A stretch of DNA of 64,000 nucleotides from a bacterium. Its GTDB lineage: Bacteria; Armatimonadota; UBA5829. The position numbers and the translations under genes were made by a program. A model generated the notes under the pieces. That model was not told the origin of the DNA. It searched no databases and saw nothing but the letters and a program-made list of their open reading frames with translations. This document shows positions 46,840 through 56,346 of the stretch, piece by piece; the first letter of the stretch is position 1, and each line of letters starts with the position of its first letter. The stretch is taken from the NCBI GenBank assembly GCA_021373255.1, contig JAJFTD010000027.1, positions 27,109-91,108 of the forward strand, read 5' to 3'.

Positions 46840-48273
46840 GTGGAGCAATCATCCAATTCATCAGCCGCCAAGCATGGCCGGGACATGACCCGTGGAAGTA
46901 TACCTAGACACCTGATTATCTTTTCAATACCAATGCTTGCCGGCAACATTATTCAGACCGCCTATAGCATCGTCAACGCTGTATGGGTGGGTAAGGGACT
47001 GGGCAAGGCTGATCTTGCCGCTGTTACGGTCGGGTTTCCGATCATATTCATGCTGCTGGCGATTGCAATCGGCATTACTCAGGGAACCAGCATCCTTGTG
47101 TCACAGTTCGCCGGAGCACGTAACTGGGAACGGCTCAAGAATGTCGTACAGACATCCACTGTTTTACTGTTGGGGCTAAGTTCTGTATTGTTTATTCTCG
47201 GCGAGTTTACCACTCCATGGATTATGCATAAAATGCAGACTCCACCGGATGTGTATGTTCTTGCCGTCGACTATATGCGCATATTCTTGTGCATGATTCC
47301 ATTTAGTTACGGCACGTTTCTCGTGGTTTCGATGCTGCGCGGGATCGGCGATTCCAAGACGCCCCTGTATTTCCAGACCGGGGCGCTGCTTCTGACTGCG
47401 ATTTTTGATCCGATTCTGATGTTCGGTTGGTTGGGCTTCCCGAAAATGGGGTTAAACGGAACCGCTGTGGCAAGCGTAGTGATGCAGGGTATTGGACTGG
47501 TAGCTTTATTCATCTACTTGTATAAGAGAGATCACATAGTAGCGCCGGATTGGCTGCACCTTCGCGTGGATTGGCCCATGTTCTGGCTGATAACAAAGAT
47601 AGGGTTGCCTTCGGTTGTTCAGCAATCCTTGGTATCTATTGGAATGTTGGTTGTCATAGGGTTTGTGAATGCTTTTGGAGAGAATGCGATCGCGGCGTTT
47701 GGTGCTGGTATGCGCATCGATCAGGTCGCATTCCTTCCCGCGATGACTTTTAACGCTGCAGTTGCAACCGTTGTTGGGCAAAATATCGGGGCAAAGAAAA
47801 TAGAGCGCGTGAAGGATGTCTTCGGGTGGGCCGTGCTGCTGTGTGTAGGAATTACGCTATTTGTCTCTGCGATCTCGTTTTTTACGCCAAGGTTCCTGCT
47901 GCACATGTTTGTTGATGATTCTAATGTTATGAATATCGGGGTGAATTATCTCCGCATCGCTGCGATTACTTATATATTTTTCTCGGTTTTGTTTGTGGCG
48001 AATGGAGTCATCAATGGTGCCGGTCACACCCTCATTTCAACGCTTATTTCGCTTATCTCGCTGTGGGTTGCTCGTGTTCCGTTGGCGGCTTATCTGTCGC
48101 ATCGGATGCATAGGGTTGAGGGGATATGGTATGCAATACTTATAAGCTCTGCTATAGCTATGATTGCTGGTCTGATCTGTTATTTCTCCGGAATATGGAA
48201 GCGCCCGGTGGTGAAGCATGACATATTGGATAATGCTGCATCCACCGGGGCAAGTGAAGCTGTGACAGTGTGA
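46840..48273 (+). CDS. MATE-family multidrug/oligosaccharide efflux transporter
   Basis: 12-TM protein with the N-terminal MATE motif (IPMLAGNIIQTAYSIVNAVWVGKGLG) and an internal repeat. GTG start. Confidence 0.85.
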   Translation: MEQSSNSSAAKHGRDMTRGSIPRHLIIFSIPMLAGNIIQTAYSIVNAVWVGKGLGKADLAAVTVGFPIIFMLLAIAIGITQGTSILVSQFAGARNWERLKNVVQTSTVLLLGLSSVLFILGEFTTPWIMHKMQTPPDVYVLAVDYMRIFLCMIPFSYGTFLVVSMLRGIGDSKTPLYFQTGALLLTAIFDPILMFGWLGFPKMGLNGTAVASVVMQGIGLVALFIYLYKRDHIVAPDWLHLRVDWPMFWLITKIGLPSVVQQSLVSIGMLVVIGFVNAFGENAIAAFGAGMRIDQVAFLPAMTFNAAVATVVGQNIGAKKIERVKDVFGWAVLLCVGITLFVSAISFFTPRFLLHMFVDDSNVMNIGVNYLRIAAITYIFFSVLFVANGVINGAGHTLISTLISLISLWVARVPLAAYLSHRMHRVEGIWYAILISSAIAMIAGLICYFSGIWKRPVVKHDILDNAASTGASEAVTV

Positions 48274-48275
48274 TC

Positions 48276-50810
48276 TTACTCAACCATTATTGAGGCAGTA
48301 CTAGCCAGCATTATCGGCGGCGTAATTCGGAGTGAAGCCCATCCATTCGAGTTCGCCGCCGCTGTGCGTACGCCATTGATGCGCACTGCCCGCGCGTTGG
48401 TCTTTAGCTTAATGCTGCCGACTGGACCTCGATACTTGATGTTAGGTCCTCGCTCTTCGAATGACATTTCTATGCATTCTACTGCGTCTGGAGAATCAAT
48501 GAGCAGGTTACCATCCCACATTACCCACGACCCGTGGCATAGAGTTATCGTTACCGGCTCGCCATTGATCAATCGCACTGCGGCTAATTTCGCATCACTC
48601 TGTAAACGCTGGTTTGAGTTATCACCTGCGTCTTGCAGGTATACATAATCTTCTATTTCTTCGACACAGCATCTCAACATGCTGCCTTGCAGGGAGACAT
48701 CAATCTTTTTCTCATCTCGTGCTGGTGCCAGCACCGCGAGGAAACTTGCCTGCTTGCCACGTTGATGACATCGGACCAGCGGCACTGTGCGGTTCATTGT
48801 TTCGGCAAAGCATTCTCCAATTGACACTGCGCCTCCGCCATCACAATGCCACATAGTAAATGATAGCACCCCATTGCCGGACTTCCAGTCGATTCTGCAC
48901 GATTCGTCTAGCCTCAGCGCCATCTCCGTTTTTACAGAATGTAAATCCGGCATGACTGCATCTGCCTGACTATACTTGCCGATTATCTCCGGTTTCCCTT
49001 CGCATCGCATCAGCCAGTCATAATCATGATCCTGCTCGCTGGATAATTGATCCCTTACGATACAAGCGTCACCAAGTAATATAATTGTACGTGTATGAGT
49101 CACTCCAGGATAACAATCAACCGCAGCGCACTCCACAGCCTGCAGGAACGAATTCCCGCAATGTCCAACCAATGCACAGTTCTCTGTGGGCTCCTGTGAG
49201 TTTCCATCCACCAGTACTGTATTATGGCACGCCGTGCTTCTGCACCAATCGGATAATTTCTGCCCTTGCTCAGGTGCTCCATAGTCGGGCACCATCACTT
49301 CGTCGTTAGCATACAGTGTGAACCCGAGTTTGCCCAGATGGTTGCTTGTGTGGCAGGAGCCATAGTCTATGGTTACCGCCGCGCCTCCGAGGCTCTTCAG
49401 GCAGCACACCCCGATATCACTGAAGTTCCTGCTCTTGAACATTGGTGTCGCAATTCTGCCTGGCAGGTCTCTGCCAAACAGAAATGCATAGAAACCAGCC
49501 CGCATGAACCTAACTGAGTGCTCCATATGGTCTTCATTAGCAGGTGATTCTCTATATTTGTAGCCCTTTTTCAGGACCCAGGCAAACAGCATCTCGTTCC
49601 AGCGTCTGTATGCGACCTCGTATAAATCCAGTGGCAGGAATGAATCGAAACAGCCATCATCAATAATCGGCAACCGGAACGATGGATACATATAATGCAG
49701 CGGTGAAACGAACATGCATTTCAACGATTTGCCTGTTGGATGCTCCGGCGAGTATACATCGATTCCGCAGCGGTACAACCCCTCGGCAAAATGGATAAGA
49801 GCTTCAATTGCTTTGAAGTGAGACCCATTTGCTGATTCTGCCCACAGGCCAGCAGGGCTGATATGATTGCTGATCCATTCGCGAAACAGCGCGAGTGCCT
49901 TATGGATCAGTTGTGCGTCCTTTAGCGTCAGCCCAATCACGCCTGCTGCAGCTAAATGCCATGCCGCAGGTATGCCATCAGCATCAAGTTGGGCTAAAGA
50001 TATCCCAATCGGCTTGAGTAACTGCTGCTCCACGCTCGCTCGTTCTTCTTCAGTCAGGCTTCGGGCATAATACACGAGGTCATAAGCCTGAGCCAAGGCA
50101 ATCGCCCATTCAGCTTCGGCTTGCGAGTTGTGAAGTATTAATGTGGAGAGGGGATCATTACTCGATTCAGAATACAATCGAGCATACGCAACTAATATCT
50201 CTGCAGCTTTATCCGCATATGCACGCTCTTTTTCTATACCATAGGTCAAAGCCAGCGTCAGAGCCGCACCGGCTAGCCGCATGTGCTGCATATGCCGAAC
50301 AGCGCCATCGTAAACTTCGCCGGAAACAGTCCTTGAGCACACCGAGCAGGTATAAGATGCAGATATTTGAAGATCATCAGGTGGGCACAGAGGGGCTCCG
50401 CACTCGCACACGAACATTCCGGCGTCACCGCCGCGTTCTGGGATTACAATCTCCCTTTCAAGCCACTGGTTAGCAACAGAAAGTATACCGGCGCTGACAT
50501 ACAAGCCGTGTTTCATATTAGCGGGTTGAAGATATAAGGCCCGCTTCCATCCATCCTTGGTTAGCCCGCGGCGCAGAACGCTTAGTTCTCTCTCATTCAC
50601 GAGCACGAACGGCCTCGGACTAGACTTCACAGCCCGTTCCAGTTGTGCAGGGTTGGCAGAACTATCTGCGGTAAGCACCAGCGGCGAGGGTTTAGTTGCC
50701 GCCCTCGTGTTCCACTCGATCATGTAATCTTGCTCCAAACTTGCAATCACCAGTTCCCGCTTTTGTTCACCAGAGACAGATATAAGAAAGACAAACCATG
50801 TACGTGCCAA
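48276..50810 (-). CDS. Heparinase II/III-like / alginate-lyase-like polysaccharide lyase family protein
   Basis: 844 aa. The N-terminal (alpha/alpha) toroid region and C-terminal beta-sandwich resemble heparinase II/III-family (PL12/PL17/PL21-like) proteins. Family assignment is by eye only. Confidence 0.5.
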   Translation of the reverse strand: MARTWFVFLISVSGEQKRELVIASLEQDYMIEWNTRAATKPSPLVLTADSSANPAQLERAVKSSPRPFVLVNERELSVLRRGLTKDGWKRALYLQPANMKHGLYVSAGILSVANQWLEREIVIPERGGDAGMFVCECGAPLCPPDDLQISASYTCSVCSRTVSGEVYDGAVRHMQHMRLAGAALTLALTYGIEKERAYADKAAEILVAYARLYSESSNDPLSTLILHNSQAEAEWAIALAQAYDLVYYARSLTEEERASVEQQLLKPIGISLAQLDADGIPAAWHLAAAGVIGLTLKDAQLIHKALALFREWISNHISPAGLWAESANGSHFKAIEALIHFAEGLYRCGIDVYSPEHPTGKSLKCMFVSPLHYMYPSFRLPIIDDGCFDSFLPLDLYEVAYRRWNEMLFAWVLKKGYKYRESPANEDHMEHSVRFMRAGFYAFLFGRDLPGRIATPMFKSRNFSDIGVCCLKSLGGAAVTIDYGSCHTSNHLGKLGFTLYANDEVMVPDYGAPEQGQKLSDWCRSTACHNTVLVDGNSQEPTENCALVGHCGNSFLQAVECAAVDCYPGVTHTRTIILLGDACIVRDQLSSEQDHDYDWLMRCEGKPEIIGKYSQADAVMPDLHSVKTEMALRLDESCRIDWKSGNGVLSFTMWHCDGGGAVSIGECFAETMNRTVPLVRCHQRGKQASFLAVLAPARDEKKIDVSLQGSMLRCCVEEIEDYVYLQDAGDNSNQRLQSDAKLAAVRLINGEPVTITLCHGSWVMWDGNLLIDSPDAVECIEMSFEERGPNIKYRGPVGSIKLKTNARAVRINGVRTAAANSNGWASLRITPPIMLASTASIMVE

Positions 50811-51193
50811 TGCACTGTGGTATCTTATTTGTCCTCAAACAATGCGGGGGTAACTGCGCGTCATGCCAGCGCTCACTATCGGCCGCAGCGCCCGTCAACT
50901 GCCAGGAACGGGCGATCCCACCGAGACGGTGTCTATAAGCTTGAACGCTACGACTTCATAATACTTCTCCCGCACTCTCGTGAAATCCTGCACGAAATTG
51001 ACTATTAACTATCGATATCAAAATAAAACTCAGCGGATAACAATGCAAGGGTGTTGACGTGCTCGGGTCATTCTTCTTGTATCTGACGTCTACCATGGGT
51101 AACGAATCACGAGTTGGCCTTACTTGTACGACGATATTGAAGACGGTGGCTTAAGGAAGCGGAGTGCAAGGAGCGAGTACAGGGGTGGGGGAA

Positions 51194-51994
51194 TCAACTG
51201 TTGTGCTTGCGCATTTCGTGAGTGAATGCCTCGAAATACGCTTCAAATGTGCCTATGTCGCGCCGGGTTTCTCCGTCACCCAGAGCAACGCACCATATCG
51301 GGTTGCCGGAGTTAAGCATCAAGCCAATGGAGTCAGTAATCTGATACTCTCCCTTGGCTCCTGTGGGTGTCTGTTCAATGTAGCGGAAGATACTGGGGTC
51401 AAACGCATATCTGCCGGCTATGGCATACCGGCTTGGTGCTGCCTCTGGGGTTGGTTTCTCTACCAAGCCATCAATTTGAAACAGCGGCGCCACGCCGTTC
51501 ATTGGTTTCACTATGCCATATCGTGAGACTTCTTCGAGTGGGGCCTCTTCCACAGCAATGACACACGCCGCATCCGTATCTCTGTAAGCATCAATCAGCC
51601 GAGTATATGGCGACACAACCTGGTTGGTCTCTATTGTGGAGTCACCGAGCACTACTGTAAAAGGTTCGTCGCCAACCCATTCCCTGGCGCAGTAGATGGC
51701 GTCAGCAAGACCTTTCTGCTCGTCCTGAAAGACATAGTCGAATTTAATACCGTTCAGGGACTCTCCAAAGTGGGTGCGGATGGCTGTCTTTTCTTCTGAG
51801 ATCACGAACAACACTTCCGTAATTCCAGCTTCGGCAATCTCATCGATAATGTGCTCGAGGACAGGCTTTTTTCCGAGGGGCATTAATTCTTTGGGGACGG
51901 CTTTTGTGAGCGGCATCAGCCTGGTGCCTTTGCCAGCCGCAGGAACGACTGCTTTGGTAATGCTCTTAAGTTTGTTGTTCGAGCAGTTCACCAT
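51194..51994 (-). CDS. galU: UTP--glucose-1-phosphate uridylyltransferase
   Basis: AVVPAAGKGTRLMPLTKAVPKELMPL...(GalU N-terminal signature) and VLGDSTIE. It lies immediately downstream of the tRNA operon. Confidence 0.85.
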   Translation of the reverse strand: MVNCSNNKLKSITKAVVPAAGKGTRLMPLTKAVPKELMPLGKKPVLEHIIDEIAEAGITEVLFVISEEKTAIRTHFGESLNGIKFDYVFQDEQKGLADAIYCAREWVGDEPFTVVLGDSTIETNQVVSPYTRLIDAYRDTDAACVIAVEEAPLEEVSRYGIVKPMNGVAPLFQIDGLVEKPTPEAAPSRYAIAGRYAFDPSIFRYIEQTPTGAKGEYQITDSIGLMLNSGNPIWCVALGDGETRRDIGTFEAYFEAFTHEMRKHNS

Positions 51995-52028
51995 GTGCCT
52001 CTAGATTGACTTGCTGATACGGGGAAAA

Positions 52029-52104
52029 TGGAGCCGACGGAGGGATTCGAACCCACGGCCTGAGCTTTACGAAAGCCCTGCTCTACCTCTGAGCTACGTC
52101 GGCC
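52029..52104 (-). tRNA. tRNA-Thr (anticodon CGT), with encoded CCA
   Basis: Manual fold: acceptor GCCGACG/CGTCGGC, D-arm GCTC...GAGC, anticodon loop TTCGTAA, T-arm GTGGG-TTCGAAT-CCCTC, discriminator T, then CCA. Confidence 0.8.
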
Positions 52105-52113
52105 TAAAATGGG

Positions 52114-52189
<76 letters not shown>

Positions 52190-52319
52190 ACGTCGTTCGA
52201 TTCATGTCGAAGTCGGAGGCTCAAAGCCCACATTATTCCTGATTGCATTGCGGCTACGTCATTATTACTTGCCGTATCCGCGTTTTGTGAATAATGTGGT
52301 TTAGGACCTCCGACCAATG

Positions 52320-52396
52320 TGGCGGGGATGACGAGACTCGAACTCGCGACCTCCTACGTGACAGGCAGGCGCTCTAACCAACTGAGCTACACCCCC
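52320..52396 (-). tRNA. tRNA-Asp (anticodon GTC), with encoded CCA
   Basis: Manual fold: acceptor GGGGGTG/CATCCCC, D-arm GCTC-AGTTGGTTA-GAGC, anticodon loop CTGTCAC, T-arm GCGAG-TTCGAGT-CTCGT, then GCCA. Confidence 0.85.
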
Positions 52397-52404
52397 ACAT
52401 TTAC

Positions 52405-52480
52405 TGGTGGGCGAAGAGGGGCTCGAACCCCCGACATCTTCCTTGTAAGGGAAGCGCTCTCCCAACTGAGCTATTCGCCC
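52405..52480 (-). tRNA. tRNA-Val (anticodon TAC), with encoded CCA
   Basis: Manual fold: acceptor GGGCGAA/TTCGCCC, D-arm GCTC-AGTTGGGA-GAGC, anticodon stem CTTCC/GGAAG with loop CTTACAA, T-arm GGGGG-TTCGAGC-CCCTC, then ACCA. Confidence 0.85.
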
Positions 52481-52526
52481 AGACTATCCAGGATCGCCCT
52501 TTGCTCCGCGCCCATGCGCGAAACTA

Positions 52527-52555
52527 AGTATACCAAAAACAGCTAGGGCTGTCAA
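52527..52555 (-). promoter_or_regulatory. Promoter TTGACA-17-TATACT driving the tRNA operon (minus strand)
   Basis: The minus strand reads TTGACAGCCCTAGCTGTTTTTGGTATACT, about 45 nt upstream of the tRNA-Val 5' end. Confidence 0.5.
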
Positions 52556-52844
52556 TTACTGACCGGATAAAAAAGCAGGCGCCACCTTGCGCACCCGCTC
52601 ATCCGCCCAATTTATACCCTACGGCGAATCCACGAAAAGTATATCATTTCAAACTTATGGCTGTCAACAGAAAAAGCCCTGCTACTACAAATTATCGGAA
52701 CTACATACGCCAGGGATACGTAATGTAATTGTAAATCGCTTGCGACTTCCTTTCTCCTTCCCGTAATTGCCTGCATGGTCAGGCAAATGAAACAAGGCCC
52801 ACCGGCTTCCCCTCAGCCGATGGGCCCTTTCATTTATACCTAAT

Positions 52845-53234
52845 CTATACCCATCGCTCGAAAATCTCTTCAAATTCCTCTTTGCTGGCTTCTCTTACCG
52901 GTGAAAACGAGATGATTGTCACAGTTTCCAGCGGGGTCACCACACGGTCGTATATGCGGGTCAGCAGGGTCATTACGTCCTCAGCACTCCGAAATTCCAA
53001 ATTTTCTTTCTCGACTTCCATCATGCTGAGGTTGCCAACGTTTTTCACTATGACATCGTCAATGACCGCCGTAAACAACTTCTGCCGAACCTGATACCTG
53101 CGCCCAACAGTGATCCACACAATCTGGCCACTCTTATACTTATCAGACTTGTCACCAAGCCTTATAGTCGCGCTCTTGCGCCCCCGCATCAGGGCGTCCG
53201 CGTATAATTCAGGGTAAAAATTCAATGCAAACAT
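52845..53234 (-). CDS. ASCH-domain (PUA-like fold) protein
   Basis: 129 aa. The N-terminus (ELYADALMRGRKSATIRLGDKSDKYKSGQIVWITVG) fits the ASCH beta-barrel pattern. Judged by eye. Confidence 0.5.
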   Translation of the reverse strand: MFALNFYPELYADALMRGRKSATIRLGDKSDKYKSGQIVWITVGRRYQVRQKLFTAVIDDVIVKNVGNLSMMEVEKENLEFRSAEDVMTLLTRIYDRVVTPLETVTIISFSPVREASKEEFEEIFERWV

Positions 53235-53295
53235 TTCCGTACTCCAATACCATACAAAGTAGCATTATAAAACGCGAGGGCTATAGTGTCAATAT

Positions 53296-53648
53296 TGCGC
53301 GTTGCCTCACGGGAGATGTCATCGAAATCGATTCGTTGCCTCACATAAGAATGTTACCGAAACGTCGCTTGTGTGTTGTCGCGATAGAGGAGATAACACC
53401 TTGCTTTCCCTTTTCCATCCTTGGTATCGACTCAGATAATGGTGGTGAGTTCATCAATGCTCATCTGATGCGCTACTGCACGCGTAACACCATCACATTC
53501 ACGCGCGGACGACCTCCAACTCAACCCGGCAGCGCTACTGCGTGACATTAACGCACTCGTAGGAGAGCTATATCAAGCACTCACTGAGTGACATCTCTCG
53601 TGAGGCAACGATAAGCATTACGGTAACATTTTCTCGTGAGGCAATACG
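53296..53648. mobile_element. Degenerate miniature IS (about 350 bp) with paired subterminal inverted repeats enclosing a transposase fragment
   Basis: Left end: CGTTGCCTCACGGGAGATGTCA at 53301-53322 and CGTTGCCTCACATAAGAATGTTACCG at 53335-53360. Right end carries inverted copies: TGACATCTCTCGTGAGGCAACG at 53588-53610 (21 of 22 match) and CGGTAACATTTTCTCGTGAGGCAATACG at 53621-53648. It lies directly beside the tRNA cluster. Confidence 0.55.
53395..53545 (+). pseudogene. Transposase/integrase catalytic-core remnant (DDE rve-type, IS481/IS3-like), lacking N- and C-terminal parts
   Basis: GIDSDNGGEFINAHLMRYCTRNTITFTRGRPPTQ corresponds to the DNGxEF...LTRPYHPQTNG block around the third catalytic residue of DDE integrases. 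The surrounding ORF has no other integrase domains. Confidence 0.5.
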
Positions 53649-53673
53649 GGAATCCGCAGAGTGGGATTGGGGA

Positions 53674-54159
53674 TTAGGGGATAGGGGGTGGCGAAGGTAA
53701 GTTAAGAGTAAGGCGCTGGTTTATTGCCTGGACCCAGGCATCTCGTTTTTTAGAGAGGAAGCAGACCCTCTTTCCGCCCTTCAAATCGAGGAAAAAGTGA
53801 GGAATGGCGTTCATATATGAGATGAATGGTCGGTTGTCAGTTGAAACAGATATAATCATATCTATAGGAAACACGACTGTTTTTTCATTGATAACGTTCT
53901 TGAAGATTATCTGCTGGCCAATAAACATAGCAACACCGCAGCCGTTGTGCCAGTTCCAAAAACCTCCCTCATTATACAATACTTTGTCAGGACCTAATAT
54001 AATGTTTTCGTGGTTGAGAGCAGCCGAAGTGCGCATGTTATCAGCAAACCGTGATAAGTTTAGCCATACTAGAATTATCCAACAACCGCCGATTAGTATG
54101 CCACTTAGCAGAGAGACTATAATTATATTTCTTAATATATCTGAAGACATATTAGCCAT
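53674..54159 (-). CDS. Hypothetical membrane-anchored protein in an AT-rich islet
   Basis: N-terminal TM helix (IIIVSLLSGILIGGCWIILVWL) followed by a roughly 120-aa domain with no recognisable motifs. Local GC is clearly below the window average (53800-54240). Confidence 0.35.
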   Translation of the reverse strand: MANMSSDILRNIIIVSLLSGILIGGCWIILVWLNLSRFADNMRTSAALNHENIILGPDKVLYNEGGFWNWHNGCGVAMFIGQQIIFKNVINEKTVVFPIDMIISVSTDNRPFISYMNAIPHFFLDLKGGKRVCFLSKKRDAWVQAINQRLTLNLPSPPPIP

Positions 54160-54236
54160 TCTCCATAAATCTAGGATATCTCAATAACACCTTGGATCTA
54201 TTTATAATGATATCTGATGTCAACCTTAGGATGGAT

Positions 54237-55076
54237 CTAGAATATTGGCTCCAATCCCACCGCGGCCTGCTTTAGCCGCTCTATCTCATCCTGCTCTATG
54301 GGTTTGAACTTCTCAGCTACATCCAATGCCATCTCAAACAATTCCACATGCCCGGGAGGCATTGCCACATTGATGTCCTGGGACAGCGTAAACCTCAGCG
54401 CCAGCGCGGCCAACTCAGGGTCGTCGTTGGGCATATACCAGCACTTGTTCCACTTGTGCTCTTCGTGTTCCGGCCACGGTTGCAGCGCCATCGATTTCAT
54501 CGCTGCCCTGCCCATACCCTTCCGGGCTGCCTCCTCAAGCACCTGAAGACCAACACCTTTGTTATACCAATAGGAAAAGTTTATCGGGAATAGAATGCTG
54601 TCGAAGTCGAACCTGTTCATCGCGTCCAACGCGACTTCAGGAGTATGGGTCGTGATACCGATGTTTCTGATCAAGCCTTCTTCTCTGGCTTTGATAAAGG
54701 TCTTCATTGCACCGTCTGCGCCGAAGATCACATCCAGTGTTGCGCAATCAGGCACACCGTGGAATTGGAAAATATCAAAGTGGTCAGTACGCAAACGCTT
54801 GAGAGACCTGTGGAGCGACTCCTCCGCTGCCTCGCTGGTGCGCTCAGCCGTCTTGCATGCCAAGACCACGCCATCACGTAGTCCATCAAGCGCGGGCCCT
54901 AAGCGTTCCTCAGCGTCACCGTAACCCGGTGCCACGTCAAAATAATTGACTCCACGATCTATCGCCATTGCCACAGCGCGATTGGCGTCTTCTTGCGTCG
55001 CGCTCATAACCACGATTCCACCGAAACCAATAATCGAGACATCAAGCCCCGTTTTGCCAAATCTGCGATATTCCAT
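54237..55076 (-). CDS. Aldo/keto reductase family oxidoreductase
   Basis: MEYRRFGKTGLDVSIIGFGG...NYFDVAPGYGDAEE...HGVPD... is canonical for AKRs. The track ORF extends upstream to 55550, but MEYRRFG is the family-typical start. Confidence 0.85.
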   Translation of the reverse strand: MEYRRFGKTGLDVSIIGFGGIVVMSATQEDANRAVAMAIDRGVNYFDVAPGYGDAEERLGPALDGLRDGVVLACKTAERTSEAAEESLHRSLKRLRTDHFDIFQFHGVPDCATLDVIFGADGAMKTFIKAREEGLIRNIGITTHTPEVALDAMNRFDFDSILFPINFSYWYNKGVGLQVLEEAARKGMGRAAMKSMALQPWPEHEEHKWNKCWYMPNDDPELAALALRFTLSQDINVAMPPGHVELFEMALDVAEKFKPIEQDEIERLKQAAVGLEPIF

Positions 55077-55274
55077 AACAAGATAATATAACTGACAGCC
55101 GGGCTTTTCAAGTGTTACACAACGTGAACAAGACCAACTAACGCACAACGCACAACGCGCCAACGCATAACCGTCCCGTTGCCATTGCCAAATTTGCAAT
55201 TCCTTTCTAAAATATACTGGCAGCGTTTGTATGTGAATGCAGGGCTCGCTGCCTACCGAGCTAGGAGGAATCGA

Positions 55275-56321
55275 ATGAAACTGGATGGCACCTGGACAGC
55301 TATTGTCACGCCTATGAATGCTGATTTCAGCGTAAACTGGGAGGGGCTGGAGAAATGCGTTGAGTTCCAGATATCTCAGGGTATCACGGGCGTGGTGCCC
55401 GTCGGAACCACTGGTGAGTCTCCCACGTTGACTTGGGAAGAGCACACTCAAGTGGTAGATCGCGTATTGGCCCAGTGCAAAGGCAAGTGCGGCGTGTTGG
55501 CAGGCGCGGGAAGTAACTCTACCTCCGAAGCTATTGTGAGTGCCGGTCACGCGGTGTCATCAGGAGCCGAGGCTGTGCTGGTTGTGGACTGCTATTATAA
55601 TGGTCCTTCCTCTCGCGAACTGCGTGATGAATATTATGCGGTGCTTGCACGAGAGTTTCCTAATACCTCAATTGTACCTTACATAATCCCCGGCAGGTCA
55701 GGCACTGCGCTTGCTTGCGAGGACCTTGCCCTGCTTGCAGCTCAGTATCCGAATATTGCTACTGTCAAGGAAGCAACGGGTGACCTAGAGCGAATGGCGA
55801 AGACACGCTCACTCATCGGTGATGGCTTCTCAATAATGAGTGGAGATGACGACCTCACTTTCAAGATGATGTCTGACACTAGAATCCGGGCTAATGGCGT
55901 AATATCAGTTGTATCAAACGTTGCGCCGGCGGCTTTGCAGAAGATGGTGAAGTTGGCTTCAAGTGGCGACCTCGAGGGCGCCGGAAAGATGAGCGAAGCC
56001 CTTGCCCCGCTTCTGGGTATAGTCACTGTAAAGGTGAACAACGAGCGTGTGCTGCATTCCGGCGATAAAGTTACTGTTTCGGATAAATACAGGAACCCTG
56101 TCGCAATCAAGACACTTATGTCAGGGCTTGGATTACCGTCGGGCCCGGGACGCAGGCCATTGGGCAAAATGTCGAGTGCCGGTGTTAAGGTCGTAAGGGA
56201 TGCTGTGAAGCAGGTCTGGGATAATAACCCCGAGGTCCTGCAGCCGGCGAGCGACTTTTTTGGCATAAACATAGCCGCAAGATTAGCCGACGACTCCGTG
56301 TGGGAAGCCTTGGCGCTGTAG
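55275..56321 (+). CDS. DapA-family class I aldolase (dihydrodipicolinate synthase / N-acetylneuraminate lyase family) with a C-terminal extension of about 55 aa
   Basis: GVVPVGTTGESPTLTWEEH, and the Schiff-base lysine region ATVKEATGD. RBS AGGAGG sits 7 nt before the ATG. It is about 348 aa, against roughly 290 aa for canonical DapA. Confidence 0.7.
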   Translation: MKLDGTWTAIVTPMNADFSVNWEGLEKCVEFQISQGITGVVPVGTTGESPTLTWEEHTQVVDRVLAQCKGKCGVLAGAGSNSTSEAIVSAGHAVSSGAEAVLVVDCYYNGPSSRELRDEYYAVLAREFPNTSIVPYIIPGRSGTALACEDLALLAAQYPNIATVKEATGDLERMAKTRSLIGDGFSIMSGDDDLTFKMMSDTRIRANGVISVVSNVAPAALQKMVKLASSGDLEGAGKMSEALAPLLGIVTVKVNNERVLHSGDKVTVSDKYRNPVAIKTLMSGLGLPSGPGRRPLGKMSSAGVKVVRDAVKQVWDNNPEVLQPASDFFGINIAARLADDSVWEALAL

Positions 56322-56346
56322 GGTTCCTTTCTGAGGAGGGGCCTAT

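Noticed and set aside
48276-50810. Reading the heparinase II/III-like gene as part of a polysaccharide utilisation locus
   Set aside because: Its neighbours (a MATE transporter and galU) do not form a recognisable PUL with transporters or regulators. The family assignment itself is only moderate.
53225-53394. N-terminal half of the 106-aa ORF preceding the transposase fragment
   Set aside because: It overlaps the ASCH gene start and reads through the terminal inverted repeats. Only the C-terminal roughly 45 codons resemble an integrase core.
54237-55550. Track ORF of 437 aa for the aldo/keto reductase
   Set aside because: The N-terminal 158 codons have no AKR similarity and run through the divergent promoter region. 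The family-typical MEYRRFGKTG start at 55076 was used instead.
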